The notes under the pieces: model-generated
Database searches by the model: none
What the model saw: the letters and a program-made list of their open reading frames with translations, nothing else
What the model was told of the DNA's origin: nothing
Shown here: one piece after another, positions 1 to 8,232 of the stretch
Numbering within the stretch: position 1 is the first letter of the stretch
How the letters are laid out: each line of letters begins with the position of its first letter
Position numbers and translations under genes: made by a program
Source: Zymomonas mobilis subsp. mobilis ATCC 10988
GTDB taxonomy: Bacteria > Pseudomonadota > Alphaproteobacteria > Sphingomonadales > Sphingomonadaceae
NCBI RefSeq assembly: GCF_000175255.2
Contig: NC_017262.1
Span: 1,140,001-1,172,000 of the forward strand
Length of the DNA stretch: 32,000 nt
Direction: 5' to 3'

Positions 1-46
1 ATTGCGTCATCCATCCTACCGGCAATAGCAAAAGAAGTGTGGTAGT

Positions 47-337
47 GTGATTCCTAAAAATGCCTACAATCGGATTGCCAAGCAATTGGATCAAGCCGGA
101 GAAAATAGCCGACAATGGGAAGAAAGTTCTTTCGATATTGTAAAGGCTAGCCGACGGCGGATGTTTATTATGTCTGCCTGTCGGGTTGTGGGCGCGTTAT
201 TACTGACTTTTGCTATTTTGCTCTTACAGATGCCTCGTTTCTTTCCGTGGGACCAGCGGTGGCTGGATGCTATGGTTGTTATCAGTTTTATCATTATGCT
301 GATCCCTCAAATTTTGATCAGATGGCAAAAGCCATAA
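47..337 (+). CDS. hypothetical small membrane protein
   Basis: Open frame with a GTG start. The GTG (47-49) overlaps a TGA (48-50) that closes a frame open from the window edge, giving a GTGA junction like those at 4234 and 24997. The product has two hydrophobic helices (VVGALLLTFAILLL and AMVVISFIIMLIPQIL). No family recognised and the start is uncertain. Confidence 0.4.
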   Translation: MIPKNAYNRIAKQLDQAGENSRQWEESSFDIVKASRRRMFIMSACRVVGALLLTFAILLLQMPRFFPWDQRWLDAMVVISFIIMLIPQILIRWQKP

Positions 338-363
338 ATTGAAAAGAGACAAGTTTTTCTGCC

Positions 364-1068
364 ATGAAAAGAAAACGTTTTTATAAAAAAGCCACTGTCG
401 ATAAAGCTGAAATAGGCTTTGCTGCGAAATTGGATGACCGTCAGATCATGACTCCGGCAAGACACCCTTTAATTTTGCCGACTCGTGCTTTGGCAGAGGC
501 TGTCGCCGAAGAATGGAACAATCAACCGAAAGAAATTGATCTCGCTTCGATGCCGATAACCGGCTATGCCAATGCTGCCGTTGATCTGGTGCCTGATCGC
601 TATGATGATTTTGTTGCTGGTATTCGCCAATTTGCTGAAAGCGATGTGACTTGTTACCGTGCCGACAGCCCTCAGGCCTTGGTTGATCGAGAAATCGAAT
701 TATGGGAACCTTTGTTGGAATGGGCGGAAAAGCGCTTTGATATCCATTTCCATCGGGTGGTTGGTATTATCCATAAAAAGCAGCCTGAAGTGACTTTGCA
801 GCGGATTGGTGCAGCCGTTACAGATTTCAATCATTTTGAAATCGTCGCTTTGACACAACTGGCAACTATTTCAGGCTCTTTGGTTATTCCACTTGCTATA
901 CTGGCAGATGAAATTACACCTGAGAAAGCTTTTGATGCCGCCCATATCGACGAAATATGGCAGGCAGAACAATGGGGGCAGGATGAAGTCGCGGCCAACG
1001 CCCTTAAACGTCGTCGTCGTGACTTTTTAGCTGCTGCCCGTTTTTTCAGCCTGGTAAATACAAACTAA
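364..1068 (+). CDS. ATP12-family F1-ATPase assembly chaperone
   Basis: The product starts KRFYKKATV and contains PLILPTRALAEAVAEEW and MPITGYANAAVD. These are segments I recognise as typical of the ATP12 chaperone family of alphaproteobacteria and mitochondria. Confidence 0.85.
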   Translation: MKRKRFYKKATVDKAEIGFAAKLDDRQIMTPARHPLILPTRALAEAVAEEWNNQPKEIDLASMPITGYANAAVDLVPDRYDDFVAGIRQFAESDVTCYRADSPQALVDREIELWEPLLEWAEKRFDIHFHRVVGIIHKKQPEVTLQRIGAAVTDFNHFEIVALTQLATISGSLVIPLAILADEITPEKAFDAAHIDEIWQAEQWGQDEVAANALKRRRRDFLAAARFFSLVNTN

Positions 1069-1096
1069 CGGTCAAAGAACCGGATATTAAGGAAGG

Positions 1097-1741
1097 ATGT
1101 CTGAAATGACAGGGCAGAAATCATGGGCTTTTTTAGCTCAAAATGATTTGGGAGAAGGGGGCGCCCCTTTAGCTTTAATTTTTGATTGTGATGGCACCTT
1201 ACTCAATAGTTTGCCGGTATATGAACGGGCTTGGGTCGCTATCTGGGGTGAACTGGGCTATTCAATGGAACATAGCTGGTATCAGCCAAGATCCGGCTTT
1301 TCTGAAGACAATCTGATAACCGCTTTTGAAGAAAAAGTCGGTCAGAAATTCGACCACAAGGCGATATCTGACAAGATGAAGACCTATTATCTTGCCAATA
1401 TACAGCATGTTGTCGAGATTACGCCTGTCGCAGATATTGCCCGCAATGCTTATGGAAAATTCCCGATGGCGGTTGCGTCTTGTGCGCCCCGTAGTTTGTT
1501 GCTGGAAGGCTTGAAAATAACAGGTTTGTTTGACCTGTTTGATACTATTCTTTCTGTCGATGATATCGGCGTGCCGAAACCTGCCCCTGATATTTTCTTG
1601 AAGGCAGCTGAAAGATTAGGTGTAGAAGCCGAGCATTGTCTGGTTTTTGAAGATAGTGTGACCGGATTTGAAGCGGCGAAGCGCGCTCATATGCCGGTTA
1701 TTGATGTGACTCCTTTGATTGCCTCGAATCAAAAAGATTAA
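1097..1741 (+). CDS. HAD-IA family hydrolase (phosphatase / beta-phosphoglucomutase-like), substrate unknown
   Basis: HAD motifs are present: FDCDGTLLNS (DxDGT motif I), VASCAP (motif II), KPAPDIF (motif III Lys) and FEDSVTGFEAA (motif IV). An AAGGAAGG RBS lies immediately upstream of ATG 1097. Confidence 0.85.
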   Translation: MSEMTGQKSWAFLAQNDLGEGGAPLALIFDCDGTLLNSLPVYERAWVAIWGELGYSMEHSWYQPRSGFSEDNLITAFEEKVGQKFDHKAISDKMKTYYLANIQHVVEITPVADIARNAYGKFPMAVASCAPRSLLLEGLKITGLFDLFDTILSVDDIGVPKPAPDIFLKAAERLGVEAEHCLVFEDSVTGFEAAKRAHMPVIDVTPLIASNQKD

Positions 1742-1771
1742 AGCATTTCATCCCGCATTATTTTTAAATGC

Positions 1772-1804
1772 AAAAAAGGCCATGAATCTCATGGCCTTTT
1801 TTTT
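1772..1804. terminator. bidirectional rho-independent terminator between HAD gene and nrdB
   Basis: Perfect 8-bp stem GGCCATGA (1778-1785) / TCATGGCC (1789-1796) with loop ATC, flanked by A6 upstream and T8 downstream. It sits between two convergent genes. Confidence 0.85.
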
Positions 1805-1824
1805 GTAGATTTTATCTGTCTGTT

Positions 1825-2862
1825 TTACGCTGGGAATAGCCCGCTTTCGTCTTTTTCGTTTGCCGTTGCCTCTATATTGGATTGAGCATCACGGCGTTGG
1901 TCAAAGGCACCCCAAACCTCATTCCAGTCGCCTTTGGTCGCGGCTTTGGAATATTCAGTCGAGCGAGTTTCAAAGAAATTGGCATGTTCAACGCCATTCA
2001 ACAAAGGCGTGAGCCAAGGAAGCGGATGTTCTTCGATCATGTAGATAGGTGAAAGACCCAACTGACCTAAACGCCAATCAGCAATATAACGAATATATTT
2101 TTTGATTTCTTTCGGGGTCATGCCTTCAACGGGACCCATTTCAAAAACCAGATCAATAAAGGCATCTTCAATTCTGACCGTTCTTTGGCAGATATTGAGA
2201 ATATCGTCCTTAACCTGTTTGGTCAGGCATTGGCGTTCCTGACAGAAGGTATGGAAAAGACGAATAATCCCTTCGCAATGAAGCGATTCATCGCGAACAC
2301 TCCAAGACACAATCTGCCCCATGCCTTTCATCTTATTGAAGCGGGGGAAGTTCATCAACATCGCAAAACTGGCGAAAAGCTGTAAACCTTCGGTGAAGCC
2401 ACCCATCATCGCCAGCGTGCGGGCAATATCCTGATCGCTGCCGACATCAAAGGTTGCCAGATAATCATGCTTGTCCTTCATTTCTTTATATTGAAGGAAA
2501 GCCGAATATTCAGTTTCCGGCATGCCGATGGTATCAAGTAGATGGGAATAGGCCGCAATATGCACCGTTTCCATATTGCTGAAAGCCGTCAACATCATTT
2601 TGATTTCAGTCGGACGGAAAATGCGACCATATTTATCGAAGTAGCAATCCTGAACTTCGACATCAGCCTGCGTGAAAAAACGGAATATCTGCGTTAATAG
2701 ATTGCGTTCGTGATCGCTTAATTTTTGCGCCCAGTCCCGACAATCTTCGCCTAAAGGCACTTCTTCGGGAAGCCAATGAAGCTGCTGCTGCCGCTGCCAG
2801 AATTCAAAAGCCCATGGATATTCAAAAGGCTTGTAAACCGGAGATGCCTTAAGCAGGGACAT
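1825..2862 (-). CDS. nrdB: class I ribonucleotide reductase small (beta, R2) subunit
   Basis: Full-length R2. Diiron ligand motifs are present: ADVEVQD, METVHIAAY (E-x-x-H with the radical Tyr four residues after His), FTEGLQLF and RDESLHCE. Confidence 0.92.
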   Translation of the reverse strand: MSLLKASPVYKPFEYPWAFEFWQRQQQLHWLPEEVPLGEDCRDWAQKLSDHERNLLTQIFRFFTQADVEVQDCYFDKYGRIFRPTEIKMMLTAFSNMETVHIAAYSHLLDTIGMPETEYSAFLQYKEMKDKHDYLATFDVGSDQDIARTLAMMGGFTEGLQLFASFAMLMNFPRFNKMKGMGQIVSWSVRDESLHCEGIIRLFHTFCQERQCLTKQVKDDILNICQRTVRIEDAFIDLVFEMGPVEGMTPKEIKKYIRYIADWRLGQLGLSPIYMIEEHPLPWLTPLLNGVEHANFFETRSTEYSKAATKGDWNEVWGAFDQRRDAQSNIEATANEKDESGLFPA

Positions 2863-2943
2863 AGGGGCGGTTCCTTCGTATAAAATAGGGATAGAAAGAC
2901 GAATCTGGCGATCTTGTCCTGCCGATTCTGAAAATGAGGAAAG

Positions 2944-2990
2944 ACTCTACATATAGTATTACAAAAAGTTTAGCATTCTATATATAGATT
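2944..2990. promoter_or_regulatory. tandem NrdR boxes upstream of nrdB
   Basis: ACTCTACATATAGTAT (2944-2959) and ATTCTATATATAGATT (2975-2990) match the NrdR-box consensus acaCwAtATaTwGtgt at 13/16 and 12/16 positions. The second core CTATATATAG is a perfect palindrome. Box centres are 31 bp apart, and the boxes lie 85-125 bp upstream of the nrdB ATG. Confidence 0.6.
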
Positions 2991-3190
2991 CTATAAAAAT
3001 TTGTTATCAAAAAAATCATTCAAAATTTTTCTGTTCTCTAGTCAAAACATCAATTTTGTGATTCATCGGCCTTTATGGATATAAAGAGTAAAAGAAGGGC
3101 TATCCCTCTTTAGAATTTTTGTTAGAAAAAGCCGCCATTGATGAAAACTATAACTTATCGGATATCTAAGGCCGGAGACTGGGAGATTTC

Positions 3191-4237
3191 ATGAAGTCAG
3201 CGCGTTTTTTAGCTGATCGGGCTGTTGTATTGTTACTAGGTGTCGCAGTCGGAACAGCCATAGGTTATGCTTTTGGTTCGTCAGGAAAATCCGGCGAGAC
3301 GCCTGTTGCTTCCTCTACCCAGTCGATCACTTCTCTTGATAATCAAAATTATAGCCCTGAGCAGGCTTCTTCTGATCAGCCAGTGATGAACAATTCGGTT
3401 GCGACAGTGGAACCGCCCAAGCTGGCAGAAAAGGAAACAAGCGAAGGCTATAAACCCTTCGTGCCATCGCATTCACCTTTACCACCAGAACCATCAAGCG
3501 CAAATCTGAATCAGCGTTTATCCCAAGGCGAACCGCTTCGGGTCGGGGTATTCGGTGATAGCTATGGTGATGGGCTTTGGTCGGCTCTTTATCGTCTATT
3601 ACCGGCGAAAGAGGGCTATCGTGTTTTGAAATTTAGCCAGCAATCGACAGGCTTTACCCGTTACCAAAGCCTGAATGTCGAAGAAAAAGCCAAAAGCGAT
3701 CTGGTAAGTCAGCCTGTTGATATTGCGGTTATTTGTTTTGGTGCCAATGACGTTCAAGGTGTTTTAGTCGGGCATCATGCCGCGCCCTTGCTGAGCGCAG
3801 AATGGCGACAGGTCATTGGTGACCGGATAGAAAGTTTCGTGTCCATGCTGCGGCAAAAAGGCATAAGCGTTTATTGGGTTGGTTTACCCGTGATGCGGAA
3901 AGCTGATTTCGATGCCAGTATCAGCAGCATGAACAGCTTTTATGCCGCCGAAATGGCTAAGTTAAATGTTCCCTTTATTGAAACCCGTTCGCTAACAGTA
4001 GACGAAAATGGACAATACGCGCCTTATCTAATGGATGGCACTAATGACGCGACAAAGAAAATGACATTGATGCGGGCAAATGACGGGGTGCATATGTCGA
4101 TGACCGGATATGTCAGATTAAGCCGTGGTTTGGCTTCGCAAATCCGTCATTTCGCCGATCAGCATCGCCCAAAACTGCCCGCCACATCAAGTGAAACGGC
4201 CAGTCTTGTAGCTAGTCAAAAAGAAGTGAGCCGGTGA
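3191..4237 (+). CDS. membrane-anchored SGNH/GDSL hydrolase-fold protein (DUF459-like)
   Basis: There is an N-terminal TM helix (AVVLLLGVAVGTAIGYAF), then a Ser/Pro-rich linker, then the SGNH blocks: VFGDSYGDGLW (block I), FGANDVQG (block III) and DGVHMS (block V, DxxH). A GGGAGA RBS precedes ATG 3191. Confidence 0.75.
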   Translation: MKSARFLADRAVVLLLGVAVGTAIGYAFGSSGKSGETPVASSTQSITSLDNQNYSPEQASSDQPVMNNSVATVEPPKLAEKETSEGYKPFVPSHSPLPPEPSSANLNQRLSQGEPLRVGVFGDSYGDGLWSALYRLLPAKEGYRVLKFSQQSTGFTRYQSLNVEEKAKSDLVSQPVDIAVICFGANDVQGVLVGHHAAPLLSAEWRQVIGDRIESFVSMLRQKGISVYWVGLPVMRKADFDASISSMNSFYAAEMAKLNVPFIETRSLTVDENGQYAPYLMDGTNDATKKMTLMRANDGVHMSMTGYVRLSRGLASQIRHFADQHRPKLPATSSETASLVASQKEVSR

Positions 4238-5799
4238 AACGCCTGATTCCATCAAAACTGACTTTAGTCCTGAAATCTGCTTTGGCCTCCTGTGCTTTTA
4301 TGGCCGGTGCCTTTGCGCCTGCTGCGCAGACAGCCTCTTCTTCGCCTATAATGGGTGTGCCTTTCACGCCGCCAGAAACACCACCGGCTTTAAAAAATTC
4401 TGAAGCCATTCTTCCTTTTTTCAAAAAATTGGCTGAATATCCCCGTGGGCGACATTTAAAGCCGCTCCATATTCTTCAAATCGGTGACAGCCATACCGCA
4501 GGCGATTCTATTTCAGGGGCGTGGCGTTCTATTTTACAAAACCGCTATGGCTCGGGCGGGCGGGGCGTTTTAGCCCCCGGTATTCCTTATAAAGGCTATA
4601 TTGCTCATGGTGTCCATGTCTCCATGTCGGATGGTTGGACTATCGGCTCTATTTTCGGTTCTCATTATAGTAGCGATATGCCGCCGGTCGGTTTTAGTGG
4701 TTTTAACCTGACCTCTCACAAGAATGGCGCACAGATCTCGCTTGATAGCGGGATTGAAGAGGCCTTTGACCGTTTTACCGTTTGTGGCTTGGCGAAACCC
4801 GGTGCTGGTATTGTCGTCGTTTCTATGGGCGGGCAATTCCAGCGGGTCGATTTCAACAGCAGTTGGTCGCATAGCCAATGTGTCACTTTAACAAGTGATA
4901 TGCCTCAGGTTCATGCCGATGTCGTCGCCGCGGAAGGTCCCATTACCCTGACATCATGGGCGAGCTTCCGAGATAATGGTGGCGTTGCCTTATCCAATCT
5001 CGGGGTGGTCGGTTCCCAGTTAATTCATCTTCAAAGAAGTAGCGATCAGGTTATCGCAACAGAATTAAAAGTATATCACCCCGATCTGATTGTGCTGGCT
5101 TTCGGAACGAATGAAGGCTTCGCGCCTTATTTTGATCCCACGGCGTTTGAATCCGTTTTGCGTGAACAAATTTCACGGATTCGGCGATTGTCCGGCAATG
5201 TGCCTATTTTAATGCTGGGCGCGCCTGATGCTTCAAGCCGTCGCGAAGAAATGCTGCATAATACGCCCGGTGTTTCTCCGCCTCTTTGTTCTGAACCGCT
5301 TCCTACGGATGGTTTTGTTACTAGTCCGGCCTCTAATCCTGCAACCGCTTCGCAGCTCTCAGCCAATCAGTCCAAAGGGGTCGATTCTGTGATGTCGACT
5401 TTGCGGCAACAGGGGGTGTTCGGTTCAGATGGCAATGGCCCCGATATTTCGCAGCCTCCGGGATCGGATACGAATTCAGCTCAAAATGCGTTGCCTAATA
5501 TCGTGCCGCCTTCCAATGTTATTTGGAAAGTGACAACCCATCCGTTATTTCCGCCCGCTGGTTTGGCGGCGGTTCGTCGGGTGCAACAACGTGTCGCATC
5601 CCAGTTGGGTATTGCCTTTTGGGATTGGCATGCCCGTATGGGGGGCGATTGTGCCGCCGTCCATTGGGGCAAGGCTTATCCTTCTTTGATGCGACGTGAT
5701 TATGTCCACTATACATCTCTGGGTGGACAAATTATCGCAAATCGTCTGGATAACGATATAAAAAACGCTATGGAGTCCTCTCCATCTCCGGCGCGATAG
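4234..5799 (+). CDS. exported SGNH/GDSL hydrolase-fold protein with inserted domains
   Basis: The GTG start overlaps the upstream stop (GTGA at 4234-4237). It has a signal peptide with a possible lipobox (LASC, Cys20). SGNH blocks are IGDSHTAGD (I), AFGTNEG (III) and RRDYVHYT (V). About 170 residues separate block I from the block II Gly region, and an 85-residue P/S/N/Q-rich stretch lies between blocks III and V. Confidence 0.7.
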   Translation: MKRLIPSKLTLVLKSALASCAFMAGAFAPAAQTASSSPIMGVPFTPPETPPALKNSEAILPFFKKLAEYPRGRHLKPLHILQIGDSHTAGDSISGAWRSILQNRYGSGGRGVLAPGIPYKGYIAHGVHVSMSDGWTIGSIFGSHYSSDMPPVGFSGFNLTSHKNGAQISLDSGIEEAFDRFTVCGLAKPGAGIVVVSMGGQFQRVDFNSSWSHSQCVTLTSDMPQVHADVVAAEGPITLTSWASFRDNGGVALSNLGVVGSQLIHLQRSSDQVIATELKVYHPDLIVLAFGTNEGFAPYFDPTAFESVLREQISRIRRLSGNVPILMLGAPDASSRREEMLHNTPGVSPPLCSEPLPTDGFVTSPASNPATASQLSANQSKGVDSVMSTLRQQGVFGSDGNGPDISQPPGSDTNSAQNALPNIVPPSNVIWKVTTHPLFPPAGLAAVRRVQQRVASQLGIAFWDWHARMGGDCAAVHWGKAYPSLMRRDYVHYTSLGGQIIANRLDNDIKNAMESSPSPAR

Positions 5800-5830
5800 C
5801 CCTTTTTCGGGTAAAATTTAGGTTTCAAGA

Positions 5831-7237
5831 ATGCTTTTTCCGACTCTGACTTTTGGACTGTTTTTTCTGGTCGTCTTTTCTGTCGCCTGTTGTTTCAGGG
5901 GCAGTAATGACTGGCGAAAAATAGCTTTGTTGATTGCAAGCTGGTTTTTTTATGGTTGGTGGGATTGGCGTTTTGTTGCCTTATTAATCTTATCGGCTGT
6001 TTTTAATTGGGCGATGGCCGCTTGGTTATCCTGTTACGAAGGAAAAGCGCGTAAACGGATTATGATAGCCGGTATTATCGGCAATGTGTCTATTCTGGCT
6101 TTCTTCAAATATTATGCTTTTTTGCTGAACCAGATTGCCGCCTTTTGCGGATTGTTGGGATATGCGCCGCATTTACCCTTTATGGAAATTGTTCTTCCTG
6201 TCGGAGTCAGCTTCTTTACTTTTCAGGGAATGTCCTATCTGGTCGATGTCGAAAAGCGGAAAGTGCCACCGGCCTCTTTGGGTGACATCTTATTGTTAAT
6301 GTCGTTTTTCCCGCATTTGGTGGCGGGGCCTATCGTTCGAGCATCGGAACTTTTACCCCAGTTTAAGGCTGTGCCGCCTTTTGAAAAATCCAAAATTTCG
6401 ATGGCTTTGCTGTTGATTGTCTGGGGACTATTTAAAAAAGCAGTGGTGGCTTCGGAAATTTCGACCCAATTGGTTGATCCGGTCTTTTTTGATCCATCAT
6501 CCCATTCGAGTTTGGAACTGGTTATGGCCGCCTATGGCTATGCTGCCCAGATTTACTGCGATTTCTCGGCTTATAGCGATATGGCCATCGGCTTGGCCGC
6601 GTTGTTAGGGTACCGTTTTCCTGTCAATTTCAACCAGCCCTATCGCGCCGCTTCCTTACAGGATTTTTGGCGGCGTTGGCATATCAGCCTGTCTTCATGG
6701 TTACGTGACTATGTTTATATCGGTTGGTTGGGTGGCAATCGTTGCGGGGCCTTTAGAACCTATCTGAATCTCTTTATTACGATGTTAATTGGTGGGTTAT
6801 GGCATGGTGCCAATATGACCTTCGTGATTTGGGGCGCGCTTCATGGCGGGGTTCTTGCCTGTGAGCGTTTTTGGAGCCGGATTAAACCCGCCAGTTGGCC
6901 GAGCTTACCCGTTTGGATCCGCACGATTTTTACCTTCCATATCGTCGTGGTTGGATGGATATTCTTCCGAGCTGACAGCTTTTCATCCGCAATCCAGTAT
7001 TTGAAAAATATTACCCAAGGTTCATGGTCTGCGGGACAGGTAACGCCGTTAATGGTGATGTTAGTTCTGTTCGGATTGGTAATTCATTTCTTGCCACGGC
7101 AAGGGCTGACCCATCTCGCCTTGAGAATAAAGAATTGGCCGTCATGGTCTGTCGGAATCGCGATAGCGGTTTTGATCTTGATTATTGATGCTATGCGTTA
7201 TGAAGGTGTCGCGCCCTTTATTTATTACCAGTTTTGA
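5831..7237 (+). CDS. MBOAT family membrane-bound O-acyltransferase (AlgI/PatA/DltB-like)
   Basis: Polytopic membrane protein with the MBOAT signature region LQDFWRRWHISLSSWLRDYVYI (conserved His) and a later GLWHGAN motif. Confidence 0.9.
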   Translation: MLFPTLTFGLFFLVVFSVACCFRGSNDWRKIALLIASWFFYGWWDWRFVALLILSAVFNWAMAAWLSCYEGKARKRIMIAGIIGNVSILAFFKYYAFLLNQIAAFCGLLGYAPHLPFMEIVLPVGVSFFTFQGMSYLVDVEKRKVPPASLGDILLLMSFFPHLVAGPIVRASELLPQFKAVPPFEKSKISMALLLIVWGLFKKAVVASEISTQLVDPVFFDPSSHSSLELVMAAYGYAAQIYCDFSAYSDMAIGLAALLGYRFPVNFNQPYRAASLQDFWRRWHISLSSWLRDYVYIGWLGGNRCGAFRTYLNLFITMLIGGLWHGANMTFVIWGALHGGVLACERFWSRIKPASWPSLPVWIRTIFTFHIVVVGWIFFRADSFSSAIQYLKNITQGSWSAGQVTPLMVMLVLFGLVIHFLPRQGLTHLALRIKNWPSWSVGIAIAVLILIIDAMRYEGVAPFIYYQF

Positions 7238-7254
7238 TAGGGGAATAAGGCATT

Positions 7255-7566
7255 ATGCCTAATGACTTTTCACCCATTGACTTGCCCAGTGATAAAAATG
7301 ATCAGAAGCGAGCTGGCTTGTGGACGAGCATTGTTATTTCGACGGCAAGCCTTTTATTGGCATTGTTGAATGCCGAGGCTGTCGCGGATTGGGCGGATTC
7401 TTTGGCTCCAACAATATGGACAGCCCCGATTGTTTCTACGGCTGATAGCTGGCGCGATTTAGCTGCCGAGACTGGCCTGTCCGCGCCAAGAGATCTTTTA
7501 CATCGCTATTGGAAGAAGCTAGAAGCGCTTCATTTTTCAAATCAGGAAGGGGCGGAGGCTGAATAG
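7255..7566 (+). CDS. hypothetical small bitopic membrane protein, last gene of the SGNH/MBOAT operon
   Basis: It starts 18 nt after the MBOAT stop, with an AAGG RBS 8 nt upstream. It has a single TM helix (LWTSIVISTASLLLALL). No family recognised. Confidence 0.45.
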   Translation: MPNDFSPIDLPSDKNDQKRAGLWTSIVISTASLLLALLNAEAVADWADSLAPTIWTAPIVSTADSWRDLAAETGLSAPRDLLHRYWKKLEALHFSNQEGAEAE

Positions 7567-7581
7567 CCTCCCATATTAAAA

Positions 7582-8232
7582 TTAACGATAGAAAACGTGG
7601 CTACCCAAAGCATTAACGCGAGTGCGCGTTTTAAAGAAATGGTTGGGTGCCTGCGAATTGGCATGATAGAACAAAGCCCCTTTGGTGAGGTCTTCACTGC
7701 TACCCGTTAAAACTTCATGCGCTACTTCAATCGCTTTCTGCCAGCGACGATCCTGACGCGGCGGCGTATAACGGGTGGTATCAAAAAACTGCCCCGGCTG
7801 ATTAGTCACACCGCAGACTGTTTGCGGGAAACGACCACCGGCTTCTGCCCGATTTAAAATAAGCTGTGCAATCGCAATCTGGCCTTCACGGGGCTGGTTA
7901 GCCGCTTCGTGATAAACAACCTTGGCCATGCACATCGTTTGTGCGCCTTCGGATTGCTGTTCTAACTCATCAGCCGAAAGATTTTCACTCTCTTCGGAAT
8001 AATCAGATGATTTTGCTAATGCCTGTCGAGCATGATTGGCGACAGTGTTATTATTATGATCGAATGACGTATTGGCGATGGGCTGGCTTTTCGCAATAGC
8101 CACGTTGCTCGCCAAGGTTACGCCCAAAGGAAGGGCGGCGGCTATGGCCTGATGTGCCGGAAAGGTGATGGCAGCTACAGGTAAAACTAATTTTGCCCAT
8201 TTTTTACGAAATAAATGTCCTAAAGCGGACAT
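7582..8232 (-). CDS. SleB-type cell wall hydrolase (Hydrolase_2 domain)
   Basis: The C-terminal region MCMAKVVYHEAANQPREGQIAIAQLILNRA...CGVTNQPGQFF is typical of the SleB/CwlJ hydrolase family. I chose ATG 8232 (MSALGHLFRKKW, signal-peptide-like) because GGAG lies 7-10 nt upstream. The longest ORF extends to 8271 without an RBS. Confidence 0.8.
   Translation of the reverse strand: MSALGHLFRKKWAKLVLPVAAITFPAHQAIAAALPLGVTLASNVAIAKSQPIANTSFDHNNNTVANHARQALAKSSDYSEESENLSADELEQQSEGAQTMCMAKVVYHEAANQPREGQIAIAQLILNRAEAGGRFPQTVCGVTNQPGQFFDTTRYTPPRQDRRWQKAIEVAHEVLTGSSEDLTKGALFYHANSQAPNHFFKTRTRVNALGSHVFYR

Noticed and set aside
7554-7571. Hairpin GGAGGCT-gaat-AGCCTCC between the small operon-terminal ORF and the SleB-like gene, considered as a terminator
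   Set aside because: It has a perfect 7-bp stem but no T tract on either strand, and it overlaps the TAG stop. It may still pause or terminate transcription, but I cannot support calling it an intrinsic terminator.
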